A DNA stretch of 64,000 nucleotides from Thermodesulfobacteriota bacterium. GTDB taxonomy: Bacteria; Desulfobacterota; Desulfarculia; JACQYL01. Shown here piece by piece: positions 55,029 to 64,000 of the stretch. The stretch lies in NCBI GenBank assembly GCA_963675595.2, contig CAXXLZ010000001.1:1248001-1312000 (forward strand), in the 5' to 3' direction. The notes below the pieces were generated by a model. It did not search any database, was not told where the DNA came from, and worked only from the letters and a program-made list of their open reading frames with translations. A program made the translations under genes and the position numbers. Every line of letters begins with the position of its first letter. Position 1 is the stretch's first letter.

Positions 55029-57755
55029 TTATGGAGTTGCGCTGTAAGTAAACGCCGTCACAATACCGCCCTTGATCGTTATTGTCAGATAAGGAGTTGA
55101 TGCTGTATTGATGCTCAATGTTGTCCCGGAAGACCCTCCAAGTCCTGCGGTGCCGTTACAATTAAACCCGGCGTTCGACCGCACCGTACCAACGCACGTA
55201 ATGCTGCTGTCCACATTGAACGGAACGGATGAATTGACGACGATTTCAGAAGGCTTTACCAGCATCGACGCGGAGCCGCCCCTAACGTAGCCAAAGCCGA
55301 TTCCGGTAACGCTTGACCCTGCCAGAATCCACCCCCAACTCGGATAGGTCGCGTGAGCGGTACCCCCAAGGCCGATCGTCATGATGTAGTTTTCACTTGC
55401 CGTTCTGACCTTGAATTCCGCCTCACCGGCCGTGTTGGGGTTCTCGACCACCACCCGAGTCATTGCCGCTTGGCTTTTGTATACCTCCAACATATCGGTA
55501 GGCACTTTGCCGACGCCGGTTGCGCCCGCAAAGTAGTTCTTGGCACTCGCGTACTCTTGATACATTCCATACCAAGCACCCACGGTAGCGGTAACGGACG
55601 ATGGCGACCGAAGATAGATGCCATAGACCGTTGTTATTGAAACGCTTCCTCCACTACGTGCTAATGGGGTTAGATCAATACCGGTTGCTCTGGTAACAGT
55701 AGCGTTTGTACATGAGGAATTGGTCCCATAAAAAAACCGACAGGAAATCAAATCATTTACTGTGCTGGATGCCGTATTGGCGGAATTAAGCTGTGCGAAA
55801 CCTGTTACGGCTACAATTCTATCCGCTGCAGAATTAAGTGATACACCAGTGGTATTTACCCATATTCCATAATAACCAGAACTTGATGACGTAATAGATA
55901 CGCCTCCGGCGCATGAAATATAGGTTCCCGCTAAGTAGGTTGAGCCGGCTCCAGTTCCACTGCTTAAAACGTACAAACCATATGCAGCGGCTGGAGTTGA
56001 TCCAATGCCAACGTTTCCACTTGAATAATAAACCCCGTTGGCATGACTTAACCATAGAGCTTCACCAACCGTCTTCCAGGCTGATCCGTTGTACCAAGAC
56101 AGGTTGCTTCCATCGTGCTTTAAGCCCCCCGTCAGAGCGGTCGCACCCCATGAATCCGTTCCAAGTGCAATCACGTCACGCGCAAAAGTCACCAAGCTGG
56201 TACTCTGCGCGATAATCAACGACGCGCTAGACCCTCGAACGTATCCGATCCCTAAGCCGCTCGTTAAGCCTGGACCCGCAAGAATCCATCCCCAATTAGG
56301 AATAGACGAAGTTGTGTTGCCACACCCAAAAGCAATGATGTGATTCTCGTCGGCCCCACGGGCCTTGATTTCAACCAGTCCGTCGGCATGCGCGTTCTCC
56401 GCTACGATTCTGGTGTAGGCATACGGTGACGTCCCGTCGTCTTGGTCTTTCTTGACAACCAGCATGTCCCCGGGCGCATTGGTCCCGATTCCCATCGCTC
56501 CGGCAAAATAGCTTGCAGCCGAATGCTCTGAATAAAGAGCCCACTGATTTGTAACAGTGCCTCCAGTTGTTGCAGCACCGATATAAATTCCGTAGCTGCT
56601 TGTTATTGTTCCAGATGTATGGAATGGATAAATCCTGACCCCGTAGGCTTCAGTAACTGTTCCAGGTCCACTGTTGATGCCGAATTGTACCCTGGCTCCT
56701 ATCAGAGTGCCTACAGTTCCGGTCTTGGTGCCTGTCGCATCAAGGCAATACGCTCCCATGGAGGCCCCGATATGATATCCTGATGCCGTAATACCGGCTG
56801 CTGCATTAGGATTTACCGAAGACCATACACCGTATTGGAAATAAGCGTTATTGCTCGTATGCCCTGGAACAAGATAAGCGTCTACTCCAACCTTGTTTTG
56901 GCTCGCGATAGCTGCATAAAAATATCCACAGTATTCCGTGCTTGGAGTGGTTCCAACCGCAATACCTTTTACTCCGTCTGTGTAATAAAGACCGTTTGCA
57001 TGCGCCGACCAAAGCCCGGAAGCAGACGTATCCACCAACTGTTTCCACGCGGCATCAATGGTATGATAGTACCAAATGGCCGATCCGGTATGCTTGATGC
57101 CTCCGGTCTCAGCAGACCCCGTTACGTAGGTATGACTCGGGTCGAGATAGATGCGATCCAAATAGAAGGATACGGGGAAATCCTTCTTGATAATCATAGA
57201 CGCCGAAGGACCCTGCACATACCCCAAAGCAATCCCGGTCACCCCGGCGCCTGCCAAGACGTATCCCCACGACGGCGCGGAATGATACGTCCCGCACAAA
57301 CCGAAGCTCATGGTTTTGGCCGCCGTCTGATCGGTGACCACATAGAGTTCCGACTGCGCCGCCGTGCCGAGGCTCGGATTATCGACTCGTACTCCCGTAA
57401 CGGCGTTGGCGCTCTCTACAAAATGCGCCGTCCTCTGGGCCGTTGGCGTTCCGATGCCTACTCGGTTGGGCGTGTCGGCATAGATCGTATTCCCCGACTT
57501 CTTCCAGTAGCTATCCGAGGTATAGATCACGTTCGACGTATTCCCGCCGGACGCCTGAGACGTAGCGGACAATCCCAAGGCGTCCAACTCGCCGTGCGTG
57601 ACGAACGAGTTCTTTTTCTCGCCTCGTCGCCCGTACGCCTGGGCCAACAACTCCTCGATTCGCACAAAAGTCCGCTTCGCGTGCTGATCGGCCACACGAT
57701 TATGGTCTTCGAAGAGAACGCCCTGGTTCTTCGCCTTCGCCGCCGTAACCGCCAT
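55029..57755 (-). CDS. Tail fibre / receptor-binding protein with A-B-A-B-A modules
   Basis: Repeated (N/A)(V/M)GIGT fibre motifs, G/S/T/Y-rich beta composition, C-terminal TIKGGIVT; TAATG coupling. Confidence 0.8.
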   Translation of the reverse strand: MAVTAAKAKNQGVLFEDHNRVADQHAKRTFVRIEELLAQAYGRRGEKKNSFVTHGELDALGLSATSQASGGNTSNVIYTSDSYWKKSGNTIYADTPNRVGIGTPTAQRTAHFVESANAVTGVRVDNPSLGTAAQSELYVVTDQTAAKTMSFGLCGTYHSAPSWGYVLAGAGVTGIALGYVQGPSASMIIKKDFPVSFYLDRIYLDPSHTYVTGSAETGGIKHTGSAIWYYHTIDAAWKQLVDTSASGLWSAHANGLYYTDGVKGIAVGTTPSTEYCGYFYAAIASQNKVGVDAYLVPGHTSNNAYFQYGVWSSVNPNAAAGITASGYHIGASMGAYCLDATGTKTGTVGTLIGARVQFGINSGPGTVTEAYGVRIYPFHTSGTITSSYGIYIGAATTGGTVTNQWALYSEHSAASYFAGAMGIGTNAPGDMLVVKKDQDDGTSPYAYTRIVAENAHADGLVEIKARGADENHIIAFGCGNTTSSIPNWGWILAGPGLTSGLGIGYVRGSSASLIIAQSTSLVTFARDVIALGTDSWGATALTGGLKHDGSNLSWYNGSAWKTVGEALWLSHANGVYYSSGNVGIGSTPAAAYGLYVLSSGTGAGSTYLAGTYISCAGGVSITSSSSGYYGIWVNTTGVSLNSAADRIVAVTGFAQLNSANTASSTVNDLISCRFFYGTNSSCTNATVTRATGIDLTPLARSGGSVSITTVYGIYLRSPSSVTATVGAWYGMYQEYASAKNYFAGATGVGKVPTDMLEVYKSQAAMTRVVVENPNTAGEAEFKVRTASENYIMTIGLGGTAHATYPSWGWILAGSSVTGIGFGYVRGGSASMLVKPSEIVVNSSVPFNVDSSITCVGTVRSNAGFNCNGTAGLGGSSGTTLSINTASTPYLTITIKGGIVTAFTYSATP

Positions 57756-60700
57756 TATTGCAACCTCGCTCCATGCCATCGGACGTTGAACACAAACAAC
57801 GAATTCTTGGAGTCTTCCTCGTAGTCGTACATGACTTTGTGTCCGCGGATCCCCGCGGGAAGCAAAAACCGGTGGGCGGTCGGTTTGGTAACGGCCTCCA
57901 ACCGCTTCGTCTTCACCAACTTATGGTCCACGAAAATCTTCAACGTGCCGGTTCCGATCCAGCGCACCGTGTAAGCCTGGAAGGCGAACCGCGCAAAGTT
58001 GCCGCGCGTTGGAGATATTTCAGACAACCGCATGTCGGGATCGAAGGCGAACTTGACGTCGTAGACGAACCCGGTTCCCTCGTTATCCCACGCAATCCGG
58101 CTCGCGATGGGCAGATTGAAGCCCGTAGGATACGAATGAAATATCGTCTCGATGGTTTCCGTCTGCCAGTCCGTGGAGTCATAGGTCGTAAGGCTTTTAC
58201 TGATGTCCGACCGCAGCACGTCGTCGAAGTAGAACTTCAGGTCCACCGCGCCGAAATAGGTCACCGTGGTGCTGTAAATGTAGGCTCTCTTGACCGGGAG
58301 CCCCGTCAATTCGCTCGCCTGCGTAACCTTGGGAGGCTCCGTCTCGACGTCAAACTTCACTGCATGCAGCCACCCGGGATGCGTAGCATCCTTGTCTGCG
58401 TGATACGCTTGGTAGACGTGTCCAATCTTTGGGGGCTGTATTTCAAGCATCTTCGAGTTGTGTACCGAGCTCGAAAGCGTAGTGGACAGGTCCTCCGTGC
58501 CGTCCAGGTGAATCTTGAAGCCTATGTCCCCGTCCCACGCCACTTCCGCGCCCTTCAAGAGCACCCTGGTCGAATACTCCTGGTCCGGAACCACGTCGAA
58601 CTGCACCGTGTCATAATCAAGGCCGTTCCCGGTCCACTGTATCTGGTAAAGCTGACCGTGTGCATTCCTGGCGAAATAAGCCGTGTTCTCTCCGGCCCGA
58701 TGAACTGTGACCGTAGCGCTCAATACGCCGTCCAAATACAGATAGACGGTGCACGCGCCCCGAGAGATGAACCTCACGGCATGCGCTACCACTCGCTGAA
58801 GGTAATCCTTCTCCGGGCTCCACCACCATTCCAGGACTTGAATGGATGGAGAAGGCACGTGATAGGTACTGATACTCGCCCACCAGACCGCCTGGGCGCG
58901 TTTGCCCTTCGTGGCCGCCGGGAAGAACAGCGGCGTCTCGTTGTCTCCCGAGACCGTCTGCGTCGTGCCCTTCGCCGTACCGTCTGCGTAAAGCTGAAAA
59001 CTCGCACTCGCCCGATGCCCGACCCTGGCGCCGTGAAGGACGCTCAACTCGTCCATGGCCTCGTCGCGGTCGATCAGCCAACGAAGAGTCTTGATCGCCG
59101 TTGATGGAACGGTCGTTCCGGCCCCCTGCACGTAACATCGAATCCTGGGGATGAACCCAACCGTGTTGGCATCGAAATGACAATCAACCTCGGTGGGCGT
59201 CGTCGCGTTGATCCTCCATCTCGGATAAGTCGTCATGTTCCCGAAATCGCAATGGAGCACGATGTCGCAGGCTTCGTGTGTCGTAACGAGCGCCCTATGA
59301 AACAGAGTCTGCACCTGGTACTTCTTGAGAGATTGATAGTGCAGGGTGGCCTGATAGAACTTGCCGATACCGTAGACGAGAATCTGCGCCTTGTAGCCCG
59401 TGCAATCCGCCTTGGCGATGGGCAGGTAGACCAGGTGAGTCACCGTGCCGGTTACGGGCCCGGAAAAAACTCGGTTGGCCTTGGTCGTGCCGTCGATACC
59501 TACGTGCACCGTCAACGATTCGCCGGATGGAATATCCGAAACAGTGACCTCAAGGAAGTCGAATATCTTCAGATCGTGCAGATCATCGCCTGCCGTCTCT
59601 CCGGACAAATACCACATGTTGACATAGGAATCCGCGCGACCGTCCTCTCCGTCGCAGCCCTGCCACATGTAAAGGTCCCCGGTCCCCGGACTCGAAGGAT
59701 CCTCGGTGAGCACATACACCTTGTCGTCGATCGCGTCATAATAGGAGTCGTTGATTTCAAACCGAGCCCTTACCGACTCCCCGGATAACGGATTAAACTG
59801 CGCCGTCCCGTCCCAGTCCCACCCAAACAGTTTCCATTCCGGCACGACGCCCTGGTTGGTGCTGTGAAGTCTCGTGAAATCGGCAACGAGAGTTCCCACA
59901 TCGGTGAAAAGCAAATACTGCTTCTTCCAATACTGAGCCGACATGTAACTCGCCGCTTTGATTTCGATCGTGCCGAGAACGGGCGTTGACAGGTCCCGGA
60001 TCCTGCCGGTGCTCAGGTCCAGCATTACGATCGCATCCGTAGCCGGCCAGATAACCCCGTACTCAGTGGAAACGATCGCCCTCATGGAAGCGCAATTCCA
60101 GGAGCCCTCGAGTTGCTGCTTCACCATGGACGTTGCGTCCGTTCCCGAAAGAATCCAGGGACCCTTCTCCGTAATAACCAGAAGCCCGGCGTCGGTGGAA
60201 TGCAACGCAAGGATCGTGACCGGAAACGGTATAAACTGAGATAATCCCCAGGCATGGGGATCGTCCGTGTTCGAGAAAAACAGAACGGAGTTGTTCGGCC
60301 CGCCGGTCGCGTAAAATCTGTTCTTGTGGAACACGATCATTCGAAGGAACGTGCGCGTATAGGTCCCATCACCGTCCGGATACCAACCGGGCGTATGGTT
60401 GTCTTCCGACTCAAGGGGCCGATTCAGAAGAAGGTCCGTATCCGACGTTGTATCCGTATAGCTGGAAAAGCTGCCCGGAGTTCCGGACGCTAAAAAGTAA
60501 AACTCGCTTCCATTGGCCGTTGTTCGAAAGAGCCATATCTTTTCCACCGGCAACTCGTAGATCGCGCCGGAAGGTGAAGCCCCGTAATACTTCCCGCCCG
60601 TGAATACCGGGGGCTGCGGAATAGACGCGATGGAAACGGCCGACACGTCGGTTGGAAACGTGCACGAAATCACCGACCAATCATCGTTAGGGCTCCATGG

Positions 60701-61765
60701 AGCCGAAATCACACCATGCGTCTCATTGACGAACACAACGGCATATTGATAGGTCCCGTTGAAATAGAACGGATCGTCGTCGGGAGGGCGTGTCGTTTCG
60801 CCCTGCGCCGCATGCCACACCCGACGCGCCTTCGGATATTGAGTAATCGCTCCACCGTTGAAGGTGTTATAGACAAACCGATAGATGCCGACGTTATCCG
60901 AAGGGGGCGTCCAGGTGAATTGATTCCACCCGCCGATCTTGAACGGAAAGTCACCTACTCCATAAGCCGTCCATGCGGAACCGCTCCAATATTGCTGCGT
61001 AATGGGTCCGGCCACGTTGTACCATTCGCCGTCCGCCTTCTTGTATTGAAAGATCAACTCATAGACGCCCCCGGAACAAACTCCCGCGGTGGACACGTCA
61101 ATGACGATCTGTCCGGCCGTGATCGGAATTTTAAACGCAATGTTGTTGTTTACCCGCGGATCCTCGCTGTGAATGTTCGGATCAACCGAAAGAGGGGTGT
61201 CGTCCGGAGCCGTGTCCTTGGACGCTATCGCATAGTTCCCAAGCAATTTATCATCGCTCGGCGTAATCCCGCTTCCGGAAGGCGGAACACCCCGCCACAC
61301 GTCCCAAAACTCCACCACGCCGAACTTGGCGCCACCGGCAAACCCGGACGCGGCCGCCGCCTCAACGTCCGGAGGAGTAATCCCGAGCAGGTGCGTCGGG
61401 TTCCCCGTTTCGTTCAAAATGATTTTCGGTCGATGCACCAGTCCGTCGGGAGACCCGTCTTCCGTATAGACCAAGTGGTCGTCCCAAGATTCATGTGTGA
61501 TGACGATATCGCTTGAAGGCCATTCGTCGTCGATGGCGCCGCCTGTGCGGTTCCGCAACCGGGTGAACGTGCGACAGTTCGTCAGGTCGCCTACCTTGTG
61601 ATTCTCCCGCATAGGCAACAGCGCCCCGCTGGAGAAGTCGCAGTCCCGAGCGTCCATAGCCTCGCTCTCGGACAACAGGTGAGGTTCCTTGACGGCATTG
61701 ATCCCGCCGAACCTCATCACTCTGGTCTGCATCAACGTGTCGAAAAAATTCAGCTCTTGAGGCAT
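57755..61765 (-). CDS. Tail nozzle / tail tubular protein B-like with tandem C-terminal modules
   Basis: FGGIN..KEPHLL...A....DF..G.L.P N-terminus, IWLFRT..GS.FYFL, LFFSN...PHAW and beta-propeller-like middle region. Confidence 0.75.
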   Translation of the reverse strand: MPQELNFFDTLMQTRVMRFGGINAVKEPHLLSESEAMDARDCDFSSGALLPMRENHKVGDLTNCRTFTRLRNRTGGAIDDEWPSSDIVITHESWDDHLVYTEDGSPDGLVHRPKIILNETGNPTHLLGITPPDVEAAAASGFAGGAKFGVVEFWDVWRGVPPSGSGITPSDDKLLGNYAIASKDTAPDDTPLSVDPNIHSEDPRVNNNIAFKIPITAGQIVIDVSTAGVCSGGVYELIFQYKKADGEWYNVAGPITQQYWSGSAWTAYGVGDFPFKIGGWNQFTWTPPSDNVGIYRFVYNTFNGGAITQYPKARRVWHAAQGETTRPPDDDPFYFNGTYQYAVVFVNETHGVISAPWSPNDDWSVISCTFPTDVSAVSIASIPQPPVFTGGKYYGASPSGAIYELPVEKIWLFRTTANGSEFYFLASGTPGSFSSYTDTTSDTDLLLNRPLESEDNHTPGWYPDGDGTYTRTFLRMIVFHKNRFYATGGPNNSVLFFSNTDDPHAWGLSQFIPFPVTILALHSTDAGLLVITEKGPWILSGTDATSMVKQQLEGSWNCASMRAIVSTEYGVIWPATDAIVMLDLSTGRIRDLSTPVLGTIEIKAASYMSAQYWKKQYLLFTDVGTLVADFTRLHSTNQGVVPEWKLFGWDWDGTAQFNPLSGESVRARFEINDSYYDAIDDKVYVLTEDPSSPGTGDLYMWQGCDGEDGRADSYVNMWYLSGETAGDDLHDLKIFDFLEVTVSDIPSGESLTVHVGIDGTTKANRVFSGPVTGTVTHLVYLPIAKADCTGYKAQILVYGIGKFYQATLHYQSLKKYQVQTLFHRALVTTHEACDIVLHCDFGNMTTYPRWRINATTPTEVDCHFDANTVGFIPRIRCYVQGAGTTVPSTAIKTLRWLIDRDEAMDELSVLHGARVGHRASASFQLYADGTAKGTTQTVSGDNETPLFFPAATKGKRAQAVWWASISTYHVPSPSIQVLEWWWSPEKDYLQRVVAHAVRFISRGACTVYLYLDGVLSATVTVHRAGENTAYFARNAHGQLYQIQWTGNGLDYDTVQFDVVPDQEYSTRVLLKGAEVAWDGDIGFKIHLDGTEDLSTTLSSSVHNSKMLEIQPPKIGHVYQAYHADKDATHPGWLHAVKFDVETEPPKVTQASELTGLPVKRAYIYSTTVTYFGAVDLKFYFDDVLRSDISKSLTTYDSTDWQTETIETIFHSYPTGFNLPIASRIAWDNEGTGFVYDVKFAFDPDMRLSEISPTRGNFARFAFQAYTVRWIGTGTLKIFVDHKLVKTKRLEAVTKPTAHRFLLPAGIRGHKVMYDYEEDSKNSLFVFNVRWHGARLQ

Positions 61766-61768
61766 GGC

Positions 61769-62122
61769 TTATCCGTCGTAGGCATAGATTCGATCGAAGT
61801 CGAACTCCAACACCGCTCCGCTCGACAAGGTTAGAGCAAACTTCAGCTTGTACTTTCCCTGCTTCGCCGTGGGCGGATACCTCATGGTCACGTTGACGTA
61901 GTAGTTCGACGCAACGGACGAAGCCGTCATTACGTCGGAGCTCACATCCGTACCGTCGTCAACGTCCTCCGCCGTAACTACCGCGCTGCTGATCGTCGTC
62001 GAATAAGGAATCGCCCCATCCCGGGCCGTCGCCGACGTCCACGCCGGGAAATAAAAAGCCACCACCAAGCCGGCGGTGGCGGGTTGTAAAACGATATTCT
62101 CAGAGCCCTTGAAGTCAGGCAT
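61769..62122 (-). CDS. Phage structural protein (fibre-tail adaptor-like Ig fold)
   Basis: MPDFKGSENIVLQP...GAIPYSTTISSAVV...GKYKLKF; start at ATG 62122. Confidence 0.6.
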   Translation of the reverse strand: MPDFKGSENIVLQPATAGLVVAFYFPAWTSATARDGAIPYSTTISSAVVTAEDVDDGTDVSSDVMTASSVASNYYVNVTMRYPPTAKQGKYKLKFALTLSSGAVLEFDFDRIYAYDG

Positions 62123-62243
62123 GTCCCGAACCCTTTCCCCGTGCGACGAATCGGAAGAAATCCCTCGCCTTGGCCTGAAACAGAAAGGCGCGGTTCCGAG
62201 CGATAAACAAGAAACTCCGTGGTTTGGCTTCGAACAGAAACAC
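62115..62243 (-). CDS. Unannotated 42-aa peptide with 4x FLFxA[KR]xR repeat
   Basis: MFLFEAKPRS-FLFIARNRA-FLFQAKARD-FFRFVARGKGSGHA*. Fills the gap exactly: GTG directly after and in frame with the upstream TGA, and the stop overlaps the next gene start (ATGCCTGA). Confidence 0.7.
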   Translation of the reverse strand: MFLFEAKPRSFLFIARNRAFLFQAKARDFFRFVARGKGSGHA

Positions 62244-63404
62244 TCAGCGCCCCCACGCCTCAAGTATCTCGGCTTCCAGTTCCGTCCCTTGAATGGTCCA
62301 CCTACGAAGGAAGGCGTCTTCGTTGTAACAGAACGCCAAGAAACATTGCGGCGTCTTCCCGGCGCCGCTCAGCCCCTCATAGATTTCATTGAGAGTCCGG
62401 AACTTGTCATCATCGGAAACGGTGTTGTCCACGTTATTTGCTTCGGTTACGCACCACGGCAACGCGCCGCTCAAGTGTCCAATCTCGTCCACCCGCCTCA
62501 AGTTCGTATTGGCAAAGTCCGCGATGGACTTGAAGTCTCCGATATGATTGTAGGCATGAAAATTGAAAGCGTCGGTCAAGTGTCCAATCAAGGGTAGGAG
62601 TTGCTTCGTCTTGCTGTTATAGAAACTCTCGGTAATGGACGTCAGTCCGCCGTTGACGACAACGGCACTCGGATCCTTGCTCAGAATAAGGTTCCGGGTG
62701 CGTTCAAGAAACGTTGCATACTGCGCCGCGGTAATCGAATTCTCCGTACCGTCCGGACCCGTCATGAACCGCCCGGGCTCCCACATCTCATTCCATATCT
62801 GGTAGGCGTACGCCTTTCCGCGCCCGGCCTCCACCAACGCCGCCACATAGGCCGTCCACGGTCCCTGAAACCACGCCTCGTCGGTCGGCTTCGGGCCTCC
62901 GGCCGAAACGGGATAGTTGGAATACCGGGACTGGTCCTCCAGGCGCACGATGAGCTTCATTCCATATTCGGCGGAGAAGTTGATCACGTCCTGAAGGTGA
63001 GGCTTGATGACCGGATCATCCCACCACGCCTTCCAAAGATTGCTCACCACCCAATCCCCGGAGCGTCGCATTTGGGCAAAATCGTCTCGCGTCGCATATT
63101 TCAAGTAATAACTGTCGGCCTGCGCCCCGATCTCCGACATCTCCGCCCTGGACCCGTATCCGGCCGCGTGCACCTCAAGGGAATAATTCTCCGGCTGATC
63201 CTCAAAAGAGGCCGCCGATACCCCCGCCTCCTGGATCGCCACGGGATTGTAGTGGTATCCGAAGTTATCAGCTCCGAGCGGTCTGTCCGGATCTCCGGAC
63301 AACCCACCGCAACCGCCGAACACACATGCAAAAGCCAAGACGATGAACGCGATAAACAACTCCGCCGCTTCAATCTTCGTGCCGATATTCCAAAATCTCT
63401 TCAT
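62244..63404 (-). CDS. Clan GH-A glycoside hydrolase-like lipoprotein
   Basis: Signal peptide with lipobox-like VFGG-C; AYQIWNE (acid/base), FNFHAY, WCVTEAN (nucleophile); TAATG coupling to the adaptor gene. Confidence 0.7.
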   Translation of the reverse strand: MKRFWNIGTKIEAAELFIAFIVLAFACVFGGCGGLSGDPDRPLGADNFGYHYNPVAIQEAGVSAASFEDQPENYSLEVHAAGYGSRAEMSEIGAQADSYYLKYATRDDFAQMRRSGDWVVSNLWKAWWDDPVIKPHLQDVINFSAEYGMKLIVRLEDQSRYSNYPVSAGGPKPTDEAWFQGPWTAYVAALVEAGRGKAYAYQIWNEMWEPGRFMTGPDGTENSITAAQYATFLERTRNLILSKDPSAVVVNGGLTSITESFYNSKTKQLLPLIGHLTDAFNFHAYNHIGDFKSIADFANTNLRRVDEIGHLSGALPWCVTEANNVDNTVSDDDKFRTLNEIYEGLSGAGKTPQCFLAFCYNEDAFLRRWTIQGTELEAEILEAWGR

Positions 63405-64000
63405 TACTTCCCCCAAGATCGCCACGGAAGTTGGTTCTCCGATTCCGCGATTCCCATACGGTTGTCGATTCGCATGTCGGATAGCATTTCCCTGTACTCA
63501 CGCTCCCAAACGCCCGCCTTGGCAAGCGCCGCCCTCACCATGTCGCCCTCGGCGTCCTTCAAGAAACCTTTCCAGAGCACCCAATAGGCAAGAATTATAT
63601 GCCATCGCCGCTCGAACTCGGGCTCGTCGTCCGAATCAGCCAGATCTTCCGGGTACTTGACCCCGTACACCGTCAACGTGTCCCCGGTCGCATCGTCGCT
63701 CGGAAAAGGGAAAATGCGTATTTGTTTGGTAGTGTTTCCGCGAGCATCCACGTAATACAGAGGCGTATCTCCGGTGTTGTCCGAAGACTTCCAGTCGTCC
63801 CCGTACTGAGAACGCATCCACTCCTCGTCCCGCTGCTTCACCTCGCCGCCGTCGTCGTCCCGCTCTATCCACTCGATCCACGCCGTGTCCGACTCCAAGT
63901 TATACAGCGCCGTCCCGGACGCCGCAGCCCCCGTAACAAGGACAATAGTTTCCGTTTTTTTAATACACCCGGTCTTCCAAAGAACCTCCTCCTGCGCTCG
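63404..64000 (-). CDS. Phage head-tail adaptor / tail tubular protein A-like, 5' end outside the window
   Basis: Frame open to the window edge (RAQEEVLWKTGC...); GDTPLYY...IRIFPFP...PEDL..SDDEP.F..RWH.ILAYW. Confidence 0.75.
   Translation of the reverse strand, partial: RAQEEVLWKTGCIKKTETIVLVTGAAASGTALYNLESDTAWIEWIERDDDGGEVKQRDEEWMRSQYGDDWKSSDNTGDTPLYYVDARGNTTKQIRIFPFPSDDATGDTLTVYGVKYPEDLADSDDEPEFERRWHIILAYWVLWKGFLKDAEGDMVRAALAKAGVWEREYREMLSDMRIDNRMGIAESENQLPWRSWGK

Larger units (their letters stand above)
39094..64000 (-). mobile_element. Podovirus-like prophage integrated in tRNA-Asp (late/structural end; continues beyond the window)
   Basis: tRNA 3' fragment, IHF site, holins, giant SLT-containing internal virion protein, ejection-type proteins, GNAT, tail fibre and nozzle/adaptor genes. 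No tape measure or sheath gene in this window. Confidence 0.9.

Noticed and set aside
62244-62246. Selenocysteine recoding of the TGA after the GH gene
   Set aside because: No convincing bacterial SECIS hairpin follows it and the position is not a redox-active site; generic read-through remains open.
1-64000. CRISPR array, rRNA or IS transposase
   Set aside because: No regularly spaced direct repeats, rRNA-like sequence or transposase motifs were noticed by eye.

Overview
GC-rich bacterial chromosomal window; the gene content suggests an anaerobic deltaproteobacterium/Desulfobacterota, which is an inference only. Host part (1 to ~39.09 kb): a partial secreted FG-GAP protein, a metal-efflux permease with an ArsR/SmtB-type operator, a lipid kinase, cobD-cbiB, an orphan Pycsar-type (DUF5706) effector and a PKD surface protein. 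A ~17 kb surface-glycan locus follows (GT-C, GT2, GT4, Wzx flippase, two radical SAMs, methyltransferases, epimerase, amidohydrolase). Next come a CPA2 antiporter-CBS pair, two cytochrome bd subunit I-like proteins each fused to a c-type heme domain, a USP/ABC operon, an FGE-sulfatase protein and an unannotated excisionase-like HTH gene. At 39094-39140 the displaced 3' half of a tRNA-Asp(GTC) marks the att end of a podovirus-like prophage that runs off the right edge. The prophage carries holins, a ~3550-aa polyvalent injected protein, three ejection-type proteins, a GNAT, a modular tail fibre, a nozzle-like protein with about 7 tandem C-terminal modules and adaptors. It also carries a glycoside-hydrolase lipoprotein followed, in frame behind a single TGA, by an unannotated 42-aa peptide with a 9-residue FLFxA[KR]xR repeat. 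All calls come from reading the sequence and recognising motifs; no database searches were run.
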